Shown here piece by piece: positions 28,301 through 40,472 of a stretch of DNA of 64,000 bases (the stretch's first letter is position 1; each line of letters begins with the position of its first letter). The notes beneath the pieces are model-generated. The model did not search any database. It saw nothing but the letters and a program-made list of their open reading frames with translations, and was not told the origin of the DNA. A program made the translations under genes and the position numbers. Origin of the DNA: Bispira polyomma (taxonomy: Eukaryota); assembly GCA_965649765.1 (NCBI GenBank), contig OZ287748.1:29512001-29576000 (forward strand), read 5' to 3'.

Positions 28301-29441
28301 CAGTACATGTTTATATTAATGTATTTAAATAGAAACTTACAGTAACCATATTACTGTACTGGGCATAAGGTCACCTTACATAACACAGTACATAATATAC
28401 TTTTTTATCTAAAATTTGATTCAATAATCTCAAATTTCACTTACATTTAAGTCTACCTTACTAGTTCACATGAGGTTGACTTACTGCAACCACAAACTCA
28501 ACATGTGTCTTTCTTGGCTTGACCTGACCTTAAATTTCAGTTAAGTCACTGGTAGACTTAACTTAAGCCTGACACAAAATTTCGGATCAAGCTATGCCTA
28601 ACTCAATTATCGATTTAAAAGTGTATTTCTGGTCGCCTTATTCTCAATTTAAGGCAACCTTAGTAATTTCAAAATCCTTGTAGTTAAGGTGACCTTATGC
28701 CCTAACTTTATAACTGTATATATACTAAGTAGTAGCCTAACACATTCCAATAATACATAATAAAAAAAAGTACTTCTTTGACTTGAATTAAAAAGTCTGT
28801 GAGACTTATGTGACTGGAGGTGTGCCTTGTCCTTGACTCGGCTCCCAGGAGAAACAGGGGAGAAAGACAAGCACAGTAAGACATGGATTTTACTAAAAAA
28901 ACTTGTTTATTCCCCTATGAGATTCACAGGCAACATAAAGTGACAATGGCCATTGTAACATACCAGCAGCTGTAAGTTATAACACCAAACTTCTAACAGG
29001 AACCATCTGCAGCATCACATGCAAACTGTAAACATGCATCCACTGTATGCAAAACCCACTACAACTTTCTCACATTCCAACAACAAACATCTCGAGTGGA
29101 AGTATGTGACCAAAACAATGACAAAAGTAAAGGGTTGCCGTTCACAATAGAAGTACGTTGCTTTGTGAAAAATCTCTTAATTTTGTATATGAACAATTCC
29201 AAAATTTTAAATAAAATATAAACAATGCATGGTCACACTTATAAAACGTAGTGAATTAGTGAATTCACAGTTGTACTCATAGTGTTGTTTTAAACTCAAT
29301 CTGAAGAGCAAATGCACTTTATTTTTTTTAATAGCACATCTAAAACTTAAACTAGCTGTGCACTCGGGTATATAGGATTTGGTGGTAATTTGGACTAGTT
29401 TCTTACAACATAGTGTAATTCTCTTTATTTTTATCACCTTA

Positions 29442-29896
29442 TGTCCTGGTCCAACCGGCTGTCACGTTGGGAGTCGTTAGAAAATTAATTTGCGTAGGGT
29501 TTGCATGGAGTATGCAGGAGTTAACATAATATACATAAACATACATAACCTGGCGTGAGAGATGAGATGCAAAAAATTTATAATTTTAAACCGTTTGAAA
29601 TTTGGACACGCAAGAGATGCAAAAGTATGACGTCCTGAAATGTGGATATGTGTCACAGTGTGTAAATGTGCATCATCATGACGTCATTTTACGTGTATTG
29701 GCGTACTCATACATGTGATACGGGGGTTTAAATACATACTTGGACGTGAGCTTATGCATCCCCTGCGAGACTTTACAGCTTTTGATGTACTAATAGATGA
29801 ATTTTAAAGGAGTTTTGCATGACGTTTTGCATCAAATATTTCACAAGGCCATGTGTGACTTACATATCCTAACATAAATCCGGTGGGACCGGCCCA
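29442..29896. mobile_element. Degenerate Harbinger-like MITE
   Basis: Imperfect TIRs tgtcctggtccaaccgg / ccggtgggaccggccca with TTA on both flanks. The interior is richer in CpG than the flanks. Confidence 0.6.
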
Positions 29897-31854
29897 TTAT
29901 ACAATTCTTTGAAATGTATAGTTGTTTCTTTTAAAATTCTAAATTCCCTTCTTCTCAACAAATATCTTCACAAACTAAATTTGAAAGCTGCAACAACTAG
30001 TTTCAACATATGGACATAATTGTACTGTGATCACAATAAACACTGAACTTGTGGTCAATTTGACATCTTTTCTTTACCTTTTTGCCTACACAAGTTGTGT
30101 AACACCATTTAACTATAAATCCTTCAGTAAGATTGTCCTAAAACCTCAATCTGATCTTGATTCACCGGATATCTGTATTGATTAATGCTCTAGTATTTTT
30201 GTCGCATATATTGCTTTTTGGGGGATATTCTAAATGATTGACTTGATAAGGACACAGATTACTTAAGATATTTCTCAAATGCTTTCTTCTCCATCTGATA
30301 TGCCTAGTTTACAATAAATTACTGTGTCGTATTGTCGATAGTGTTAGAGGTCTCACACCCTTTGTGGCTAGGTTTTACGTCAATTTCAACTTTTACCCAG
30401 ATGTCCTTTTTTCTGCAACTCTTTTTTCTTTTTAGGGTAATAAAAGTGACCTTAAAATAGATCGGTATAGATTGGAACCTTTTCAGTAACTTTGTGAGGC
30501 CCTGTGGAGATATTTGACATTATATAAATCCTGAAATAAAAAAAAATCATAATTGAAAATCTAATCTGAACATAATGCCATAAAGAAATTTTAATATATA
30601 TGTGGTAAGGTATGTATGTCAAATTGTAGACTTATCGTTGGTCTCGACCCAGATTCAATCAACAAATGTTGTTCCTATTGTCCTTGGGAAATGTACCTGT
30701 AAAAAATGATGAAATCTGTAGTTTTCGAGAAGATCTATGGCAATAAGTCAGTGACGTCTTAATTGACTTAGAAACAATGAACCCGTATAATGTCAACTAA
30801 ATTCATTCATATATGATTGCCTCTATTGCATTACCAAGAAAATGATTTTTTTGAGCTTACATTAGTGTTAATTAGAAAACAATACTGAATAATTAATTGT
30901 GAGTTGATTAAAAGGAGGAGGCTATATGTTTAGTTATAACTTACTTGTAAAACATAATCATTGATGTAGCACAGAAAATAGAAAAGAAATCTTAAAAAAT
31001 TATGATGGTTGCCAAAAAGGAATATTTGGGTAATTTTTTAAAAGTTGTACAAGGAATTATGCAATATAGTGGGGTCAAATATATAATCAAAATCACACTA
31101 TCTAAGAAATCAGACATTTTTTGGAAGAGTTACAAAAATTTAAGATTGCCGCCATAATCACCTTTTACAGGCCTGCTCTCTATTTAAAAACACTAAAATA
31201 ATCTGTCAATTTAAATAGTGTAAATAAACTGTGTTTAACCTGTAATCTGATGCCTTCTATATAAATTTGATATGATATTGACATCTACTTTTACCATACA
31301 TTATTGTCTCATATTGTCACTGTAGTGGCAATTGATGATGTAGTGGTAACACACTCACCTCAAACCTCTGCAGCTGTGGGTTCGAATTTTAATCCTGGCA
31401 TGTATGTCAGAAAATTGGCAGTAGACGTGCTGAATGCCAGTACTTTGCAAAACAAAAAACATTGACTTACTTCCCTGTTCTGATTCTCTCTGTTAGTGAA
31501 TTGCTCACCATGATACAACACAAAACATGTTGAAAGCGAGGTTAAACCCAAACTAAACACGTTGTAACTGTAAGCGGGGACTGTTTCTGTTGTAGATTCT
31601 ATTTAATGGAACCTTTCTGCTTGAGATTTAACCTAACAGTAGTCATAAATAACACTTTCTATGCAGTTACTACATCCATAATCAATTCTTGCTCCAACAA
31701 AGCCAAGGATGTGTGCTGCCAGAACAATGATCACATGTGGTTGCTGTATCCATTATATTTATGACACCAATCTATGAGGAATTTATATTGTAAACTAAAC
31801 GTTTAGATTTATTTAAACTTTAGTGTAGTTTATAACAAACTACATATTAAGGTC

Positions 31855-32055
31855 TCGGTGCTGCAGTGCTGACTTACTCGCCTCCCACCTCTAAGATCTT
31901 GGTTCGAAACTCGGCTGGCGCTTGAAGTGGGAAACATGGTCGCTGCCTTAAAGTGTAGAATCTTGACTAACTAATATACACATGTTCCTCCAACACTCAA
32001 ACTGTCCCTCGTCATATGACCTATACAATTTGTTGAAAGGGATGTTAAACCTGAA
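31855..32055 (+). mobile_element. tRNA-derived SINE
   Basis: ggttcgaaac B box; body similar to 36657-36894; tail gttgaaagggatgttaaacc. Confidence 0.7.
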
Positions 32056-35000
32056 TCAAATCCAAATAACAACTGCATATTTGATTGTGATGTGGTAAGT
32101 TTATGAATGGGAAGAAGTACAGGGTAGCTAGTCATGGTTTCTTAAACTGTGAACCATCAACCTTCAACAATTCTACTTACAAATGTCCTACACTTATGAC
32201 ATAGCCACGATTTGAACCCACAGACTGTAGAGGTGGGAGGCCAGGTTGCTACCTGTTTGTTGTCTAGATATTGCACTATAAATAGTATCTATAAATAATG
32301 GGTAGTATCTCAATGGATCCAATAGATCACTCCGTCATTAATTTGTTTTTATTAAAGTCTATTTGCTTTAGTGATACCATAAATTCATGGAGGGGGGAGG
32401 GGGGGGAGCAGTTGAGTCGATCATTACATATTTTATTTTTTTATGCTTTTTTTTTATTTATTAAATGAGAACATGTGATTATGATTAGGATTAATAAAAC
32501 ACAAAGGTATTGTAACTGTAAGGACTCTAGCATTTTAAAGCAATTAAACTTGAAATTGTACTCTTTCTTAAATACACATATGACTTACATTTGGTTAGGA
32601 GAAGGAGCACCCCCTCAAGGCTACATTGATAGATAAATATTATCTGTCAACCTTTACATTCAAAGACGTCCTATTTAATGCTAGATTTCGTTGTAGGCCA
32701 TGGAAAGTAACAGCTTTATAATAATGACCTTGTATAGTGGACAAAAATCTTTTCCAGAAAAACTGTAGATTTGGAATAGTCTTTTTTTTACTAATGAACA
32801 ACAACATAACCCAAGAAATATGTACATGTACTTATTTGTTATTTTGTCAGGTATATTATATAGCAGGTGTTTTAAATGCTCCTTCTTGAAATGTTAAGCT
32901 TCTTCATACAACATAGTCTGAGATTATAATGTATAAGGCATAACATTACAATCTCCAGACAAGGATTTCATAATTACAGTGGCAAACGAAACACTCAAAC
33001 TCCTAGAGGCAAATAAGGTCTTTACAGAGAAGTCATTTGCTCCTTGTTCCTGGGTGGTGTATATGTTTTGTAAAAATAGCATAGCAAGTGTAGTCATCCC
33101 TTAAACGGAAGCAAAGTTATCTTAACAATTACCGGGTGGAATGCTTTGTAAGATTACTTTTGTTAGATTGTAACAGATGTCTTGCTACAAAGATGCACAA
33201 CTTTTGTTTTAGAATCACTTGGTTATCAATTCTGCCTCTAATTACTGTAAAACTTGTTTTATGTGTGTCTGTTATAATACATAAGTATTTGACTCATTTA
33301 ATAAGGAATAAAATCTCGCCAAATACATACCATTTCTCAATACCTGGTTATGTATAAGATCTAACAAGAATGAAGAATTCAACTTTCTGTAGGTGAATTA
33401 AATATTTATCCATAAATAGACACAGTTCACTCATCATTTTTACATGTCTGATCAAACCAATCACCAGGTATTTTTATAATGATTAATGTTGTAATTTTTT
33501 GTTCCTTTAGAGTACTAAAGTTGATGCAAAACACAGCCATTCTACAATAAAAAAGGACTGAAACAAACTTGATATCTATTGCTTTTCGTGGAATTATTAA
33601 ATACTGACATTGTATGGTGGTTCACATTGTGGGGAAACATCTGCTGAGTTTAATGCATTATTTCATTCTAGAAAAATGAAAATTACGCAGAAATTATCAA
33701 AAACAGAAGAATGCCTAATGTGTTAAATGTCTACTTGGGTGTTAATTATAAATAAAATGAATTCACAAGAAATCTGTCACAAGATTGTTCCTACAGATTT
33801 TGCTATCAAGCCACAGACAATATGTCATGTTTCTTTATATTAAGATGACAGTATAGTGTGTCTCGCCATTCTGTCATAAATATTCTATTGACGATGGCTC
33901 CATATATCAAACTATATCAGGCCCCCCAAAAAATGGGTTGATAAGACCTAAATACTTCCTCCTCTCGGCTTTATTAAAGATCTAGCAAAACTTCTAAATT
34001 AAAACAAACAAAGCTTTGTCGATGGAACAACTATAAAATATTTTGCTCTAATGGCAAGTATTGTTAACGTAAGAAAATATACTTTGGAGAAAAATCATCT
34101 GTGATAAATCTTTACTCAGCTCATTTTACATCAAACAGTATTTAGGATCAGTATTTCAGAGTGGACTACTGGGGAAAGATATACTACATTCTGAGAATCT
34201 TTGAAGAACCTTGGTTGTTACTATTGACTCTGCTTCTTATTCGATATTTACATCAGCAATATATGTTGCTCCTGTTACTATCACATTCGTGATAATAAAA
34301 TAATCAGAAATCACTTGTCACTAGATACTACTAATATTGTGGTTAATGCCGATTTGACTACTGCAATTCTTTTTCTTTTTTTTTTGGATTGGATTAAATA
34401 AGTCTTACATTAGAAATTTACAGTACATTAAAAACCATCAGTGTAGGGTCATTTCTAACATGGACATTTACACAGATGTCACTTTATAGCTTAGAAAATT
34501 ACGAGGCTATTTCGATCTATTTCATGATCGAATCTTGATTCAAAGCTGCTTTTAGAGCTCTTCCTACCTTGCCACTCTTTTTTTCCTTCAATAACCTCAA
34601 GAGAGGAAATAGACCCCTTTTCTTCTGTAAACCTCAGATCTAGAGCTTTCTCAATAGCGGCCCCTATGTTACGGAATGGTTTCTCTGTTAAGCTTTAGAT
34701 CACAAAAAAAAACAAAAAAAAACAAAACAAAAAAACAAACAAACCAATTTTCCGACTTTGGGATAAAACTTAAAACCTATCTCTTAAACTCGCTTATCTT
34801 TCTTAACTTCCTCTGTGTTCACCCCACACCCGTTCTTTCTTTCTGGCTACTTTATTCTTACTCAACAATTAGTTCATTGATTCTGCTGTTGTGCTTTTAA
34901 ACGATGCCTTGCATCACTGAAATGCATTATAGGTATGCAATACAATTGGAGAAAATCATTATATTTGATCCCAGTTTTCACGTGACTTCAACATAACATT

Positions 35001-35210
35001 CAAGTGCCAAACAAATGTGGCTTGTTACATTAGAATTTCCACACCTTAGCCTGTCCTTCTGTCAAGCACTGACATCAATATCAACACTCCAAAATACCTA
35101 ACAACAGGATTTCTTAGCTGTGTTTTCTGGCTTCAACCAATCAAATTTATTGGCACATCTACAACAACCAATGACTAATTTAGGATATAAATAGTTCATC
35201 TAATACTTAC

Positions 35211-35424
35211 CACAGTTAACTACACTCTCATCCGCCCCGTTGTAACACTCTGCTATCCCATTACACTTCTGGTCACTAGGAATACATTGGTACTGTTCTT
35301 GTTCGGCCTGCTCTCCACAGTTAAAGTAGTCCTGGTCATCGGGACAGGGTACCAGCTGACTGGTGGTGACGTCACAGCACAGGACACATAGAACCAAGCA
35401 AGCTAACTGTTTGTTGATGGCCAT
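35211..35424 (-). CDS. First coding exon of an LDLa-repeat protein: signal peptide plus LDLa repeat 1
   Basis: Reads MAINKQLACLVLCVLCCDVTTS (signal-like) then CPDDQDYFNC...QCIPSDQKCNGIAECYNGADESVVNC (6 Cys and acidic LDLa motif). The start context is acagccATGG. There is an acceptor ttttacag| 29 nt upstream (exon starts 35453) and a phase-1 donor G|gtaagt at 35210. Confidence 0.9.
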
Positions 35425-36656
35425 GGCTGTTTTAAAGATCGTCTGAGATTGTACTGTAAAACAAACCCCAACACAATATATCATAATGCAGACCTTTGTA
35501 AGATAAAGGGCAAGTATAAATATTGCAGTAATAAAGAAATATGATCATAGTAATATGAGAAAAAAATATGAGTCGAATTTTATTAATGTTCCAAAGTTCT
35601 GTGGGAATGTTCCTATTGATAGGAAGACTTTAAGTTAGTGTTTTACAGTTTTCCATAAATTTATGTACATACCATATTTTTGTTGAAATTTAACATGTTT
35701 TTCAACACATGCACAAAAAAAGAAGAAAAATGAAAACTCTTAACAGAAATTTGTAAAGTAATGAAAGAAACTCCATATTTCCCTGGGCTGTCCACAAATA
35801 TAGGAAAGTCAAAAGTATGTATTTTTGGGAAATACAGTTAATCCTTAAAGCTATTCAGTTCTCCCGTCTTAGTCCAGATCGTCAGCAAACGGATTCAAAT
35901 CATAAATGCAGGAAAACCAACACATGCGGTCAATTCTTGAACCACCAAGATTCAAATCAGGACAACCAACACTTGATTGTAATTCTGATTATAAATAAAT
36001 ATAAGACTTTAAGTCTAAATCCATAGACAGTATTCAAGATCTTAATAAAGCTTCTGCTGAAAAATCAGAGGAAAATTGAAGAGTCATGGAAAACGCTCCG
36101 TAACACATCAACAATGTATTAAGTTTGTACTCGAAGTCAGTCTGAATATTCAGTCCACCCCCTTTACATATGTTAGTAACTTCTGATGAACAGAGAACAA
36201 CAATGTCTTGATTTTTCTACACTGGCCTCCCACCTTAGACCGAGTTTTCTGCCCTCGAAAGTGCTTTGATATACTTATGGTGCATGCCGAGGGACAGAGT
36301 TCTTTACTATACCAAATTGTTGTAAATGTGTAAGGGCACCTATAACAGACACACCAAATGTTTTTAAATGTTGTTTGTGGTTATATTGATTAAACTAATA
36401 TCCGTACACAATATTATAACTTATGGCCCACTTAAAAGAAAATATTTCCGTATATTTCTTATTGAAGCGAACATATTAAACTGCTGTGTCAAATTTACAA
36501 AGATGTGGTATAGTAAACGTCTCTGTTCCTCAACATTCGTACACTAGTAAAAATCAAAGCATATTGTCAATAGACAGAAAACTTTGTCTACTCCCACCTC
36601 TGCCATCACAGTTTTAAATCTCCGTCCCAGCATGTATAAAAGATTTGAATTCGGAT

Positions 36657-36894
36657 ATTTAATGTCCAGTCTAGTACCTTTTAGTAGGTTATATTGGGAC
36701 AGGTAGTTGGAAACGCTGGAGGAAACACTGCATACAGTCAGTCAAGGTTCTGCACTGAAACCAGCGGCCCACACTAAGGAACTACCACCTTTCCCACATA
36801 GGCATTGACGGGATTCGAACTCAAGCCGCCCAGAGGTGAGAGACCAGTGATTGTGAAGCGCAATGCTTGCTAACCACTAGGCCACCGCGGCCCC
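36657..36894 (-). mobile_element. tRNA-derived SINE (best-preserved copy)
   Basis: On the minus strand: A box gtggcctagtgg, B box gagttcgaatccc, and a body ending ...gtttcctcc...ggacattaaat. Related copies lie at ~31330-31560, ~31855-32055 and ~32090-32250. Confidence 0.85.
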
Positions 36895-38232
36895 TGTCTG
36901 TATAAAAGAAAGCCATGCTGAAGGGCAGTGGTTTCCAAGAGCATCAAACCCTAACCCACCAATCCTGTTCTGATTTACTCCACCAGTGAACTGGCCTTCG
37001 TGTTTATAATACAAGTCTGTTCAAAGCACAGTATCCTTTGTGACTGAGGCTAGTAAATAATCAAATAAACAAGAATTGTCTTTTAAAAAAAGACACAGGA
37101 GCTCAGTGTGAAACATTAACGTTGATATCACAACGATATACTCAGACCCCAGGCTGTGCCCGATAACAATAAACCTGCCCCCCCCCCCCCCCCCTCACTT
37201 TGGCAGGGTCGATTGCTTCCACCTAATCCATGAAAGCCGTACATATTTTCTAAGATGGAGGCGCCTTTTGCAGAATGAAAACGATATCATTTATTCCAAA
37301 TTATAGTGTGCCGGTAGCTCATATGATTGAAGGTATCCCTAAGGGATTTGAACCTAAGGCCATGGCTAACACTAGGCTTATATAAACAGGGTAATTCCCC
37401 GAGGAGACAACATATCTGACTAAATGACTAGTGTCTGGTACAGATAGCTTTTTATCAATTACCAACAATAATTGCAGTTGAATGCACAAAATAATGAGTT
37501 AATTTGAGATAGGAAAAAGGCAATCATGAAACACATCTCACAAATAACTGTTCATTAGGTATGAGGTAGGCATCATTTTAGTGCATGGGTTATTGAACAA
37601 ACCACGTGAGCCACACATTTACCAGGTTTCTGACAGGCTATTTTGGTAGCGGTTTTTACATGCCTATTATGTCATATGGTTACCTCTTAAATCATGTAGT
37701 AGTTCATATTGCTTGTCAGAAACCACATAACTATGTTGATAGCTTGATAGCATTCTTGGTCTTGGTGAGTTTCTTTTGGGTGAGGAGTAAGGTCATTCTT
37801 TTTAGTTGTAGTTTTTCGATGGCATTTCTATATTGTTAATCAATAAAAAAAATTTGAGATATTCAGCAATCAAAGCACACTCTATTACTAAGCATATTGT
37901 GTCTTTTTGGCGTTCACCACACTGAACACAAGGTTATACAATTATGTAGCCTTGAGTGTAAAATATAGATACAAAAGCTGATTTTGCTAAACTTATTACT
38001 CAAAATCATGTCTATCACTATTAATAACACTTCTTTGGAATACAAATAACTAGATTTATTCAAATATATACTCATTTATATTCCTTTGTCTGGTATTTAA
38101 AATGTTAGTTGACTATCTTTTGGCTGCCACAGTACAGCCAACTAACACCAGTGACTGGCATTCCCTAACTGAAGACCTGGGCTTGAAGATGACCATTTAT
38201 AAATGTCCCCATGGCAGGGGTGGGGGGGGGGG

Positions 38233-38435
38233 GGGCGTGGTGGCCTAGTGGTTATAAGCCTCTGCTTTAAAACCCCTGGCGTCTGTCCTTTGGGGATCGA
38301 ATCCCAGATTATTTCATCATGTGAGAAAGAGTGTCACAAACCTGTCATGGGCTTGTGTTTTCCCCCCATTACTACTAAACCTGGGCCTCCCGATATGACC
38401 AAAGCTGTTAAAAGTGACGTAAAACACAAATAAAT
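38233..38435 (+). mobile_element. tRNA-derived SINE
   Basis: gtggcctagtggtt A box, gatcgaatccc B box, tail gttaaaagtgacgtaaaacacaaa. Confidence 0.75.
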
Positions 38436-39326
38436 ACAAATTCAAAGTCCCTAGGGCTCTTTGTGTAATTTGGGGATAGAGGACCACATGTATTAGGCTG
38501 TTATTGCTAGGAACTTCAGACTGAAATCGAACCTATGTGCTCTGTGTGTATTACCAACTAGACCACGGCTTAAGAATATTATCCAACAATATACGGCCTA
38601 AACCACTGCCACTTACTCCAAAATCAGTTAAAGGCAAATACTATTTGCAAATGTTTAGATTTGAGCTCTTGTTGTACTCACTGCAGTAGAATATATCCTA
38701 CGGCGAGAAAAAGGGACTAAGTGTAATTGATAGGCTCCTCATTCCTATTCCATGCTTTGGCTTTTATGGTTTATCAATCTGTAATAGTGTAATAGTAGTA
38801 GCAGTAATAATGACTGGATGTAATCACAGACCAATTCCTTTGGGGCTGAGTGGTTTGTGACATGCAACTTTCTACAAAGGACACGGCCATTTTCTTGCCT
38901 CTTAAATCCAGTTAGGTCTCCTTCTCTTCTAATAAACAACCTACCCCTTTCAAAGAATGACTTATAGCTATAGCAAGACAGGAGTTTGCTATTACTAGCT
39001 TTTATTTTGAATGAATTTTACTACCGACTGTTTCAAACAACTCTTCCACCTGGGCATGGTGTAACTTTGTTGCTTTATTCCATTAATGTTACCTCTATAA
39101 CTAAACTAATCAACAAACCCAACACATATCTAAACTCAGGTGTACTTGAAATGAAACATTTCAGCAGTTGCACTGCTAGGAAAAGGAATAGCAAAATATG
39201 TAATTTATGCCAATAACATTATTATTATTATTGTCTCCCATGTCCTGGTGGATAGAGAGTTAGCCTGGTGATCTAAAGGTCCCTGATTTGACTCCCAGCA
39301 AAGTCATATACTGGATTACTGGGGAA

Positions 39327-40100
39327 AACATCTCTGGGCATGCATTGCCTACTAATAGGACCAATGCTATGTTATATAACATCTCTGGGCATGTGTTGCC
39401 TACTGGTGAGGACCAATGCTATGTTATGTAACATCTCTGGGCATGCATTGCCTACTAATGAGGACCAATGCTGTGTTGTATAACATCTCTGGGCATGCAT
39501 TGTCTACTGATGAGGACCAATGCTATGTTATATAACATCTCTGGGCATGCATTGCCTGCTAATAGGACCAATGGTATGTTATATAACATCTCTAGGCATG
39601 TGTTGCCTACTGGTGAGGACCAATGCTATGTTATGTAACATCTCTGGGCATGCATTGCCTACTAATGAGGACCAATGCTATGTTGTATAACATTTCTGGG
39701 CGTGCATTGCCTACTGATGAGGACCAATGCTATGTTATATAACATCTCTGGGCATGCATTGCCTACTAATGAGGACCAATGCCATGTTATATAACATCTC
39801 TGGGCATGCATTGCCTACTAATGAGGACCAATGCTATGTTGTATAACATCTCTGGGCATGCATTGCCTACTAATGAGGACCAATGCTATGTTATATAACA
39901 TCTCTGGGCATGCATTGCCTACTAATGAGGACCAATGCTATGTTGCATAACATCTCTGGGCATGCATTGTCTACTGATGAGGACCAATGCTATGTTATAT
40001 AACATCTCTGGGCTTGAATTGCCTATGATGAGGACCAATGCTATGTTATATAACATCTCTGTGCATGCATGCCTACTGATAAGAACTAATGCTATGTTGT
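39327..40100. repeat. Minisatellite, 51-52-bp unit, ~15 copies
   Basis: Unit aacatctctgggcatgcattgcctactaatgaggaccaatgctatgttatat. Confidence 0.97.
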
Positions 40101-40239
40101 AGGATTTGCAAGGTTATGTTATCGATTTATATCCCTTTACGGAAATAAAGCATCATAGGAGGACGCTTCAAATAATTTGTGTGGTGTGGAGATTTGCAAA
40201 GTTGAAGATGAAAAAGAATCTTGAATACATACTATTTAC

Positions 40240-40451
40240 AAGCTAAAAATAATCACAAAAATGGACATAGTAAAGGCATGCCCTGCAGATATTTTCAAAA
40301 GGGCACTTGCCCACAGAAAAACGACCACGAAACCAATGGCAAACTCTATACACATGTATGTGCAGCTTGCTCTGCGATAGGCAAAAATTTTCCCCACCCT
40401 GAAAAAGATTGTAGGAAAAGCAAGGCTAATGCAGTTCCAAAAAACGACTAG
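40240..40451 (+). pseudogene. 3' remnant of gag, element 2
   Basis: CRYFQKGTCPQKNDHETNGKLYTHVCAAC...HPEKDC aligns to CKYFQEGTCKHQNNYKTGNTYFKHVCEAC of element 1. Confidence 0.8.
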
Positions 40452-40472
40452 GGCACTGCAAAACAGCAGTGC
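40439..40472 (+). promoter_or_regulatory. Putative -1 ribosomal frameshift signal, element 2
   Basis: A_AAA_AAC in the gag frame, 7-nt spacer, GCACTGC-aaaaca-GCAGTGC hairpin. The pol ORF (40469) is in the -1 frame and open from the slip site. Confidence 0.8.

Larger units (their letters stand above)
23534..28745 (+). mobile_element. Tyrosine-recombinase retrotransposon (DIRS order, Ngaro/PAT-like), element 1; decayed, probably truncated at the 3' end
   Basis: gag, RT/RNaseH and YR in that order. Boundaries are where similarity to the paralogous segment stops (...ttataacat at 18575/23533) and resumes (tccaataatacat at 20218/28746). Confidence 0.9.
21229..29165 (+). repeat. Local duplication, copy 2 (interrupted by element 1)
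   Basis: Colinear similarity to copy 1 on both sides of the retrotransposon. Confidence 0.9.

Noticed and set aside
36800-36894. tRNA gene
   Set aside because: A and B boxes are present but there is no convincing cloverleaf, and the sequence continues into a repeated SINE body.
39327-40100. CRISPR-like array next to RT and recombinase genes
   Set aside because: The units are head-to-tail with no unique spacers, there are no cas genes, and the context is eukaryotic. It is a minisatellite.
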